A stretch of 51,308 bases of DNA, counting the filler, from Bipalium vagum (Eukaryota): assembly GCA_037834085.1 (NCBI GenBank). It is 3 parts of 3 records of this genome, joined end to end, with 100 filler letters (N's around TTAATTAATTAA, not from the genome) between each part and the next. Parts side by side here need not be neighbours in the genome. Positions count along the whole stretch, not along the records: positions 1 to 15,823 come from JBBMKC010143611.1; 2 more parts are not named here. One strand, 5' to 3'. The notes below the pieces were generated by a model. The model worked only from the letters and a program-made list of their open reading frames with translations, did no database searches and was not told the origin of the DNA. Shown piece by piece: positions 1 through 12,500 of the stretch. The translations under genes were made by a program, and so were the position numbers. Numbering within the stretch: position 1 is the stretch's first letter; each line of letters begins with the position of its first letter.

Positions 1-2333
1 CACGAAATCAAAACAACAGGAGAGCCAATTAACACAAGACCGTGTAGACAACCTATGCATTTAGAAGAGAAGATCGATGCAGCAATAAAGAGTTTATTTG
101 AAAACGGAATAAGATGTAACTTTCCGTGGAATACTCCATTATTTGCGTGTGGAAGAAAGAAAGAAAAGACATCAGGTTATGTATAGATTTTAGAAAGCTG
201 AACCAGGTGACGGAAAGACAGGCCTTTCCTATGCCAACCATAGATGATTTATTAGATAGATTAGAAGGAGCAAAATATTTTAGCACGATCGATTTAGGTA
301 ATTCCTATTATCACAAGAAAAAACTACTTTCTCAACAAAAGAAGGGCAATTTTGTTTCACAAGGATGCCTTTTGATATTGCTGCGGCCCTGGGAACCTTT
401 CAAGAATTAATGATGAAATTGTTGGGTAAACTAAGAAACATTATGGTCTATTTGGATCCATACGAAAAATATAGAAGATCATTACCAGATGTTAAACGAG
501 GTACTAAAGAGAATATCAGAAGCAGGGCTTAGAGTGAACCCAGAGAAATGTCATCTAATGAGAACAGAAGTCAAATTTCTCGGTCACATAATTGACAAAC
601 AAGGAATCAGAACAGATCCAACGAATATTGAAGCAATCAAAACCTTCGAAAGACCAAAATGCATAAAGAATTTAAGAAGCTTTCTTGGTATCTGTAATTA
701 TTATAGAAAATTTATCGATGGCTATTCAAGAAAATCAAGAGCGCTAGAAGAATTGTGTGGCAAGAAAAAGGAGAAGCTTATTTGGACCGATGCATGCAAT
801 TTAGCTTTCCAAGAGTTGAAAGATGCCTTAACAAAAACCCCGGTACTAGCGTTTCCAGATATTAAAAAGCAATTTATATTAGATACTGATGCCAGTTTTG
901 AGTCAATTGGAGCCGTATTATCACAGATCGACGATAACAGAAGAGAGTTATTGAGTACGGGTCACATGCAATGAATAGCCACGAAAAAGGGTATTGCATT
1001 ACAAGGAAGGAATTACTAGCTATATACTATTTATGCAACCATTTCAAGGATTATCTATATGGTAAAAGATTTATAGTAAGAACGGATCATAAAACCATCG
1101 AATTCGTGTTCAAGACTAAAAAGCCAATTACACCTCAATTTCAAATTTGGATGAATTATCTCAGCAGCTTGGATATTGAGCTCAAATATAGAAAAGGAGT
1201 AGACCACACTAATGCAGACATGTTATCTAGAAAGAACTGCGGTACATGTTCTCAGTGTATGATGATACATAAAGAACCTAAAACTGAAAAAAGAAAGACT
1301 AGAGCCATAGATACTCTACATGAAGCTACAGAATATAAATATCAGAATAATGAAGATGAGATCAATCAGGTCAAAGGGTATTTTGAAAAGGGAAGCACAT
1401 TTAATTTTCGTTTGGAAGATGATTGGTTAAGACGAAAGAAGGAAAGATATGGATTCCATAAACCAAGAGCCAATTATTAGTGGAAGAAGTGCATAAATCC
1501 CTAACACATGCGGGAACCGAAAAGGTTATAAAATATATATCCGATTTATACGACATGAAAGACTTGAGAGACAGTGACTAGTTATTCAACAATGTGCAAT
1601 ATGCCAGAAACATAAAGTTGTAACAACAAAGACGAAAGAAGACAATAAAATTAACAGCAGACGACCCTTTAGACATTTCGAAGGAAACGGTATATACTTG
1701 CGATTATAGATCAGTATAGCAGGTACATTTCATTAACAGCGATCATGAAACAAGATGAGGATACAATCAGGAAAGTGGTAACGGAAAAATGGATATATAA
1801 ATACGAGGCACCGAAGGAAATTCATGCAGATTGTGGAAAGGTTTTCGAATCTAAAGTTTTCAAAGCACTAGTCGAACAGTCTAATGCAAAACTTTGCTTT
1901 TCATGTCTGTATTATCACAACAATAACGGAATAATAGAACGGCAATTCCGCACTATACGTGACTATATGAATACCACCATGGCGGAGAAAATAACGATCG
2001 ATTGGGAAAATATTTTACCAGAAATTGAATTTGCTTTAAACGCAACATTTCAAAAAACTTTAGGATGTAGCCCGGCTGAAGTAATATTTTGGAGGAAAAT
2101 TCACAGAGAAGCTTGGGTCAGTCACAAGATATTAGAAGGAAAGGAAGAGGTGCAGGACAAACCGGGTCCAGTGACAACAAGAAGAATGTTCGAACTTGGT
2201 GACGGTGCTGATAAAAGTTGAAGGCAGAAATAAAGATAAAGAAAGATACGAAGGACCATATACAGTCAACAGAAAAATCCCTGACAGAAGATATCTACTT
2301 GAAGACAGAGATGTGAAAAATGTAAAAATTCTT
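1..2333 (+). mobile_element. Ty3/gypsy LTR retrotransposon pol region (RT, RNase H, integrase), frameshifted and 5'-truncated by the window edge
   Basis: RT motifs IRLCIDFRKLN, FPMPTIDDLLDRL and FSTIDL; YLDD disrupted by a deletion near 446-460; VKFLGH, LRSFLG; RNase H DTDAS...ELLAI...RTDH...NADMLSR; integrase APKEIHADCG...NGIIER. Domain order RT-RH-INT is gypsy. Multiple frameshifts and stops. Confidence 0.95.
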
Positions 2334-2587
2334 GAAAGGGGGGATGTGAGTATTTGAACATATTTTTGAATTTTTAAATTTTTATAGTGTCCTTTTTAAA
2401 ATCCGATGTGGATATTCATTAATTTAATGTTTTGGTTAATTTTAAAATATATTTTTAAAATAAATAATAAAAGAGACACTTTATTTAAATTTATTAATTT
2501 AAGGAAATTTGTTTAAGTATTTTTATTTTTATTGAAATAATAAAATTTTTGAAATCATGTCTGAATTCATTGAAATAGCTGCTAACA
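2334..2587 (+). repeat. Polypurine tract (2334-2344) and putative 3' LTR (2345-2587)
   Basis: GAAAGGGGGGA is followed directly by TGTGAG at 2345. The segment ends in CTAACA at 2582-2587 (TG...CA, one-mismatch inverted ends) and has AATAAA near 2539. The 5' LTR is outside the window, so the right end is inferred. Confidence 0.7.
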
Positions 2588-3525
2588 CTTAAAAAACTTA
2601 TTCGAGAAAATAATGAACAATAAAACATACAAATAATAGTTTCTTTTTAATGAAGAGAAATTTAAATATTGAGTCATTTATGAAAATTTTCTACAATATT
2701 TTATTGGAAAATTATTGTCTATGGAAAAGAAAATTGATTATAACCCCATTTGATTTATTTAAGAAGGAAAATATTGTGAGCAAATAATTGAAATAGTTCA
2801 AACGAAGCTGCCATCAACCGAAATAGAATTTGATTATCAATGTAGTACAATTGATAAGACATAAAATCTAAATTTAAAATTGATCATCAGACCCAAACTT
2901 GCCTTAAAATAAATTAGTTCAATTGATCAAATGAGTTAGTGTTTATTGATACTAAATTCAATTCATCAAAAATTTTTTTATCAAACAAAAATTTATTAAA
3001 TGGAAGAATAATTTTTATAATGAAAAATAAAAAATGCTCTTGAATTTTAACAATTACACAAATATTTTGTATAATTAAAAAACTTATATTTATTGACTCC
3101 AGTATTTTAAAAAATACGGAAGAAATATAAAATTTCATCAATTTTTGTTTCTCTTAAAAAATTTATTTAAATTAATTTCTCGATTTGATGTAAGAAGAAA
3201 AAATGATTGACATTTACATTATGCATTTTTGTGAAAGTTTGAAGACAAGAGGTACTGATTTAAAAATGGAAAAAACCAAAATACAATAAAGGATCAAATT
3301 TTTTGATTTTGTCTAATGAAATAAAAAATAAATCAAATTTTTTGTTGCTAACATATGTTGCTTATTTATTTTTTAAAAATCAATAATAATAATATTCAAC
3401 ACATTTCTTAATTTTTTTTTCTTTAAAGATTCAAACATTCAATGAATTTATCTTTAAGAAAAAACCATTGAAAAAAATAAATATTTTATTACATTTTAAA
3501 AATATATTTAAATAATAAATATTAC

Positions 3526-6500
3526 TGGCATTGGAATCTTGCTCAAATCCTTTCCAATACAATTTTTAACTACGCTCCACAAATTCATATTTATGTTTGG
3601 TTTTGGAGGTATTTGAGTTCTTCGGATTCGTTTACTACGAACTGTTATGTCATTGTAAACCGGAACGATTTGTGGTGCATTATATGGCACTGAGACTGTG
3701 TTACTTGGTTTCTGGATATTATTTGATGATGCTGTGATTCTGTAAAAAGAAATCGTTTTAAAATAATTAAGAAATTGTTAAATTTGGACATCACATTAAA
3801 CAATTATAATTTAAAACAAATAAAAAATAACATTTTCTTTCTATTTTTTAACAGATCACTTTGTTTGGCCGTTATCACTCGTGCTTCTCTCAATCTTTGT
3901 AAGCTCCTAGTCTTTGTAAGATCACCGAAATTTTTTGTGATATTATCTTGAAAAATGAAAAATTTGTCTGAATGATCTTTGTTGAGACCAATTTCAGAAT
4001 CATTGTCAGAAACGTCTGATATTCCGTCTTCAACATCTGATTCGTATTCAAATGACAATTCACTATTTCTGCTCGGTAAGTTCACGGCTAAATTGATTTC
4101 CGGACTAGGTAAAGTAACATTAAAAATACCCTCCTGGCTTTCAAAGGCATCATAAAAATCTTCATCGGACACATCAGAATCAGCTAAAGTTTAAATGAAA
4201 AATATATGATGTTAAATTTTAATAAATACTCTAAAGATTTCCACAAATTATATTTAATGTTATTAATATCTTTCTCTTCTGTGAGCTGTTAAGATTTTAC
4301 TATTTTTAATTAATCTTAAATTATATTTTTTTTCATTGTATTTAATATTATTTATTATTATTTCTATTATTAAAGCAGATTGCAAGTATGAAAAATTAAT
4401 GTAGAGATATAATAGCAAGTCCTATTAAATAGATGAAAAAACTAAATTTCCTATCTTGCAATTAATGATTCTAGAGAAAAATAATATATAAAGCAGACAC
4501 TATCGTTTATCAAGTAGAAAAAAATAAACAAAATTTCAAGTTATATTTATAATCGAAAAATCAATATCTAAGATTGACAACAAGTTTTATTTAATTTTGA
4601 TTCTTTTTAAGTATTAAATAACTATAACTCTTTAAAGATGGAAAATAAATAATTTTATCAGTCTTGCAAGTTAATTGACTAAAAAATCATATTCATTTTC
4701 CTATTTTTAAGATTTAGAATACTGTATTAATAAGAAGCAGTGAATATGAATAAAGTTTAAATAATTTTTTTATCTTATTTTTTATAAACAATATTTTTAT
4801 TTCTTATTTATAAAAGTATTATTTTCACATTTAAGTCTAATACACTATCACAAATAAAATTAAAAAATCTAAAAAATTATATGTATTACTTTTAAAGAAG
4901 TTTATTTTGATAATTCTCGTATGCAACACAAATTAATTGCCGCACTAACAAAAATGAAATTATCCTATGTGCAAATAATTTTAAATGTAAAAATTAACAG
5001 AACGTAATTATTAGTGTCCTAAGCCTACTATTAAAATTTTTTTAATGTAATAATACAAACTTTATCAAATAATTAATAAAAATATCAAGAAAAAAATGAT
5101 ACAAATTAATTGCCACACTTTCCCAAAAATAAATTTTATTTATAAAAGGTACAAATTCAATTTAAAACTTAATTGAGTTGCCATGAGCATTAAATAGTAT
5201 CATAAATCCTATTTAGCATAGAATTTACCAAATAGATTTTGATTACCGGAAACAATCTACAGACCCGACTTGCCATAAAAATTGAAGGAGGTCCAAATCA
5301 TTAAAGAACCTCCATCAATGTGCCTCTTTGAAAAAATAATTTCTTTTCTCAAATCATGCCAATAGTAGACAACCATCTGGTCCTCCTAAATTAATTTTTT
5401 TCTCTTCAATCCAAATGACTTGTTTCCATTTTTCGCCCCAGGAAATTTTATTTTTCACCCAATTCAAAGGAGTAAGTTTGTGTTCTGCTTTCAATGGTGG
5501 TTTGACCGACATTTTTTAATATTTCAATATTTCCGATTTATTTAAAATACGACGGATACTTATCCTACTTATATCTAAATGAAGATCTTCTTTAATCGTA
5601 GCAATTGAGATAGATTTATTAGTGGCTTTGTGGATATTCAGTCGCCTACTTTTGTCAGAAACCTTTTGTTTGGGTCCACTTTTCATTTTTTTCTATCTCT
5701 ATTTCCATTTTAACAAATTAGATTAAATTAGATTTTAACTGAAGTAAAAAATTAGACTCGATAAAATATGTTTTAAGAACATGTCCTATCATTAAATTAA
5801 ACTTTAAATGCTTAGAAAAATAATCAAGATTTATTAATTTTATAAGGTACGGCAATTAATTTTTATAGCACTGTATCTTGAATTTTTAAATCATCCAGTA
5901 ATTCAAATTGACAAATATTCAAAGCTGAAGCAAGAACTAAATATTTATAAACCAAAAGTAAGTAGTACCAACTTATTGGAAATTTAAATAGTTAAATAAA
6001 ACAAGAATTTAAATAATGTCCATCAGAAAATATTAACAGAAATCAATGATGACAAAACCTTTATTAATTAAAATAATCTGAAAAAATCAAAAAACAGACA
6101 TTAGGGAAACTGGAATTTTTTATTTTAAATATATAAAATTTAGTTAAGCACTAACTATTTTACATTAAAAAACGTTTTTTCTATTAAAATTACAGTACGA
6201 GAGGAACCACAGATTCGGATCACTGGTAAATGTGCTTGATCGAAAGGTCAGTGGCACGAAGCTACATCCGAGAGATTCCAGAAATTAAGCAACATTTTAT
6301 GACCGTTATTCTTTTCAAATACTCACCATGACACAAAATAATGCTGCTTTGATTGTGTTATGGTTGGTTCAACTCAAATTTATCTTGTGTGTTATCTGCT
6401 TTCTCAAGAACTGTTCTAAGAATGTTTTTATCTAATGCACGGATTTGAATGTCTTCATTCTTCTTTTTGACTCAAAATTTTAGAATAAGAAGTGATCCAT

Positions 6501-9500
6501 AGATTCATGTCAAGAGTGTGGGATACACTTTTTTGTATATATAATCATTGAATAATAAAAAAATATGTTCGGAGGTTTTTTATACAGAAAATAAAAAATA
6601 AAGATGTTTAATGATTAAAAATTATGAGAACCAAGCCAGTTCAATATCAGAAAAATTTTTACAAATAACATATTTACAAAAATAGTTTTTTCTCTGATAT
6701 TGTTTCTGTCTATTCATAAATTTTTTCTGTTATTAAAACTATTAATTTCCAGTTTTCTATTTTTTTATTCATTATTTTTAGAAGTCTTTATCAAAACCCT
6801 CAAAATATACATTTAATTTATCGATAACGACACAATTTGATTTCAATTTTTTTATTGCATGTCAATTTTAAGTCAAGAAAATATTTTGGTTGATGTCATA
6901 ATAGTTCAATATAGTTGATGAAATTTTGTCCTCTGTGAAGTACGTTAAAATGATGGGAAAGAACTTTTTCTTATAAAAGTGGGACTAGCTTATATGCATA
7001 CCTTTATTCTTCTAAGTCAAATAACGCTGCGTAATTTATTCGCTTAATATTTTTTAAATTATTTATTTATTATATAATTTTTCATTTTCATATTTTACAT
7101 TCTATAATTTCATTTAGAATCATTTTAAAAAATAATTTTGCACAATTACTAAAAAACAAAGAGTGAGAATTGTTAAATATACAAATATAAAAAATCTTAA
7201 ATTATCTTTAAAAATATTTCACCTGTATATTTTTAATTTTTCATTTCATACTTTTTTCTTTATTATATTATTTGGCTAGTAAGTCATTCAATTGTTTTAA
7301 TTTATCATTTATTATTAAAACTCACAATTATTTTGATTTTATTATATACTTTTTGTTTATGAATATATTGCTATTTAATTAGTTTTTTATTTTTTTATTC
7401 ATTTGTCTTATAAAGAAATAGACATTGTTTAATATCATTTATTTTAATGCGTCAAGAAAGGCTCTCCACATGTTCTTTATTTGTCCTACGCCAGATGAAT
7501 TCTTATAAGTTTTCATCAACATCTTTCGTCCTGTTCCGTGGTTTTTTTTGCATTTTTTGTGTTCGTATGGACCTTTATCAATAAATAAATGAAATTTACC
7601 TATACATCTAATTACTTACATTAGTAATAGGGTTTTTATGCCTGTAAACGATTCACAGTATCATGCTGAAATCCTTTTTCTTCTAGCTTGGAAAATCCTT
7701 TCCACATATCTGTGTGGATTATTGATCCAGGTTTGATGTTCTTTTTAATAATCTTTGTCAGTGTTTCTGCTTTTCGATCAGTCCCTTCAACTAGGAAAAT
7801 TTTTTCCCTGTTCAGTAAGCTCAACTCCTCCGACTACCCATGCTCCATCTACTCTATGTCCTCGATTATATTTTCGCTTTCCAAGTTTCGTTTCATTAGC
7901 TTCAACATTGATTCCTCCTATCATGAAATTTTCAAAATGCAGTGAATCTTTAACAATAAACAGGAATTCTTTTACAAAATTACAAATTGTTTGCGAACTG
8001 CATCTCGTCGTGGTTATAATTGAAGTTGAGAGTACTTTGTTCAACCATAAATACGCGATATGCATTATTTTGGAGCATGGCATGGAGTGACCTTCAAAGA
8101 ATGATCCCTTTCTAATGGAAGCAGATAATCGACAATCATTTGTTCCACATCTCCATCGACCCTGATTTACTTGAAAATTCATTTTTCCATTGCACGATGA
8201 ACAAATACTATTTACCACTAAAAATCGATTTTTAAATAAAAATTCCACACATTTATCTTCCTGAAATAATTTTTCATTTACTTTTATCATTGTTGGCAAC
8301 ATCTATTAAGTAATTTTTAAATTTAACATTAAAAGAAATTATTATTACTTTTAATTATAAATTTCGTGTTTTTTTTAAATTAAATTGATAATTTTATAAA
8401 CAAATGCCTAATTGACGGCATTTAGATCAAATGAGATCAAAGTTTTTTATTAGGTATTATTCAATTACAGAAATTAAACTTTATATATCTGGAAATTTAA
8501 AATAACAAGAAAATTAAATTAATATATTTAATTTTATCAGAAATAGAAAAATATTCAAATACAATGTTACAATTAATTTCAATATTTTTTTAATGAAGAT
8601 TCTCAAATATTGCTTTTTACCAATAAAAGATTGTGGTATAAAATCAAAAAGAAATCAATAAAATATTTTAATATAAAACCTTAATGATTATTCGATATAG
8701 TATATTTATGAAAAATGTTACAAAAATACAGATAAAAACTTATTTTAAAAAAAATAGTAATCAAAATTTTATAATTTACTTTTTGAAGATGTTCAACTTT
8801 TATTTTTATTAAAGAGCTTCGTTATAAAACGACATTATATTTTATATATTTATAGTTTATTTTACATTAAATAAATCAAACATAAGAACCTTTTGGTTCT
8901 TGAATTTGACCCAAATTTAATTTTAATTGATTTTGTACAGAAGAACTAATTTGGTATTCCAACTGACGATGCTGCTTTGCTAAGTCTTCTACCATATTTT
9001 CCATTCTCTGACGCTGCTCACGTTCATAATCAATAATCTTTCGCCATTTATCTGCTTCGCTGGTAACGGATTCAGCATATGCAGCACAAGACTGAATAGA
9101 AATATAATTAATGACAAATATATATAAAGCTTTTATTATAAATTTGCATTTAAAGATTCATGTTGAACTTATTTTATATTTAATCATTTTAAATAAAATA
9201 AAAAAACAGTTTAATATGTAGAAAGTAATCAAAAGAAAATTTTAATATTTTTATTTTCATTATGTAAAATAAATATTAATTTCTAAATTCCGTCAAAAAT
9301 GGGGAAAATATAATAATGAAAATAATAGTTATAAAAACCCCCAAATATCTGTGGATCAACGTGCTAATATGTGATTTCTCTAGGTGGTCCAATTTTTAGA
9401 AATATTATAATCGTAAATGCAATTTTGATTTTTTTAAAAAACAAATTGAAAAAATTCTACCTTTCGTGTAATGCATACATTTTAAAAATGGATCAATTAT

Positions 9501-12500
9501 CTTTTATGATTTTAAACAACCTTATTTAAGAATGAAGTATCATAAAAAAAACTTGATTAATAATTGATATGAAGAATTAATTTTGTAAATATCATCCAAG
9601 AGCCTTGAAATCGAAACACTCATGGATATTCCATTTGGAAATCGATAATTTTTTCTATACTAGGACCTTGTCAAATCTCATTGAACCGCTAAGTATTTTA
9701 GTTAAAATGTTAATCACTCCTTTTTTATATAATTATATTGCTAAGTTTTTAATGTTTACAAATTTAGAGAAAAAGTTTTGATGCCTGTGCAAGATTGTAT
9801 GTTTTGGTCCTGACACATGCAGAGTTATTCATATCAAACGCATTGTGAAAGTAAAATCATTCATCGTTTATACACTAATGGTAAGAAGAAAGTCGAAAAA
9901 TTAAGTTACAGATTTTAATAATATGGGTGGAAGTAGAATTGTATCCAAATCATGTGGAAATCTATAATGATCTTATTAATAGTGACTAGCCATTGAGAAA
10001 TGAAAAAGAACAAATATGAAATCAATTGTATTTTTAAAATATTTTAGTAATTAATTGTGAATTGTTTATCTTTTTATTAAAATAGTTTAAACAATCGTCA
10101 ATGACGGTTTTTTAATTAAAATCAATTCCAAGAAAAATATTAAATTGAATCTTCTAAATAATAAAAAGGCTTGAAAATGAATAAGTTACATTTTACTTAA
10201 TGAATTAGTTTTTAAAAAAAAAAGAGATTTATTTTCATTTCGACTAAATTAATTAAAAATATATTGATTTAATTAACCATTTATATTTTTCAAATAATTT
10301 ATGCTTATTAAATTTTTATATTGAAAATATTTTTGAAAAAAATAATTTCATATCAAAATTCGATTATTATTCAAAAATGTAATATTGACTTCTCTAATAT
10401 ATTCTTTAAAAACATTTGAGTGGTTTCATAAAATTAGTTCTACATTGTGCTTGAATATTTTGTAACAAATTTACAAGTCAAACCAAATATTTCAAAAATC
10501 AATTGGTGATTTTGTCAATAATAAACTACATACTAGAATAAATCACTTAAGTCAATTGACTGATAATGAAATATGAAAATTATTTATTTATTTTATTGTA
10601 CCGGAAATTTATTATTTATCAACATCAGGAGAAAAAAACAAAAACCAGAATAAGATACATTATTTTTAAAGCAGAAATTATTTTATGGGATTTGACAAAC
10701 ATCCTAATGAATTTATGATAATCATTTTAAATTAAATAAATCAACATTTAACATCTTTAATTGATTTACAGAAAATTTTTATATCAATATTATTGAAAGT
10801 ATAATTTTATATCAACATCATAAAATGGTAATTTGTGGAAATTTTCGTATTTTTCTTATCGGATCTACCTAGGCTGAGATTATTCGTATCCTCAAAGTGA
10901 CTTTAAACGCTAAACAAAGTCCAGTACTACTTGAGAATATCTAATCTTAAAAAACTGATTACAAGAACCTGTTGTCACCAAGATTTTTATTGTACAACAA
11001 TTTCAATTCGAATAAAGTTGTGTCATAGCATATTGATTCCATAATAAATTACAATGAAATTTTGATGTGATACAAATGAACTCAATCTAGAGAACTCGAA
11101 GACTGTACATAGTGTAATAGAATTATTTTTTAATTAAAAGCACAATTATTTTATGGAAATCAAAAATAACATTATTAATCAACGTATTTTGCTTAATATA
11201 AATAATTTTACTTAATTATAAAACTAATAAAAATACAACAATATCAACTGTCCAAAATATGAAATCTCTGATGAAATCAAGTGAGATTAAAAAATTAATT
11301 CTACTTCACAAAAAATCAGCATTTTTCAAAAAATAGAATGCTTCATTCTTTAGATAAGGTTATTAATATTATTTATGTTAAAGTATATTAAAAGTCATAC
11401 ATTTAATTAAACACGATCCCACAAATATTTAATAAATTCTTTAAAAAAACATCTTTTTTTTCTTCTTTGATTAAGTACCCATGATAATATAGACTTCTAA
11501 AATTGGTCAGTTGATTTCAGGAACTCGTTTCACAAATTTAGAGTTTTTACTCTGATTGGCTTCCATTAAATCTTTTTTATTTTTCCACCATTTGATAAGG
11601 CTTATATGTATTTTGAAATGATAAGCGCTATGGCATTTGATGTTGATTGGCCAAATTGAACTGCATCTAAGTTAAATTTCAATATATAGTTATTTGTTTT
11701 ATTTCCTAACATTATAAAATAAAATTTTCGCTGTAATTACTTATTTTTAAAAGAAAACAATTATTAGTAAAAGTAGTAGCTTTAAAAATATCACACAAAA
11801 CATTTTAGTCTGAAAACAAACTACTAAGCTGGTCTTATACAATAATATCTTATAACTTATCTTATAAAATAAGGTAGTTGATATTCTAAAAATTGGAAAA
11901 TGTGTAAATAAAAGAATAATATTACTGTCAATATACTGGCTGCCGAGACTCGAAAAATAGTAGCTCTTTCCTTGATATTCTTCAATTTTAGGCCAATTTC
12001 ACCAATTATATTACTGTTTTTGTCTTTATCAAGATCATGAATAGCTTTTTGCAAGTCATCCAATTTCCGATTCAAAATATCTTGAGACTTTTTTATATCT
12101 TCCAGATGTTCATTTAATTTCAGGATGAAACCATTTACCAATTCGTTTGAGTCCATTTCTGATTCATTATTTGCATATCCTAGAAAAAAGTAAGTATTTG
12201 TATAGATAACAGAAAAGAAATAAAAATAGATTCAGAATATGATATATTGTATATCAAATTATCCTTTACAGGATTAATCTTAATTCTCTCATTCCATGTA
12301 TTTTTTGTCATTTAGTTCATTGCAAAAATCAATATCATCACACGAGTATATCTTCTCATTGATAAAAGGATCAAAATCAACTTCCATACTATTTAAACTA
12401 GGTGAATTATTGAATTCAGTCTTATCATCAATTTTGTCTTTGAGTATATTTTTTTTAAAAATTTTGAATAATATCAACTGATATTGAATCCCAACACTGA

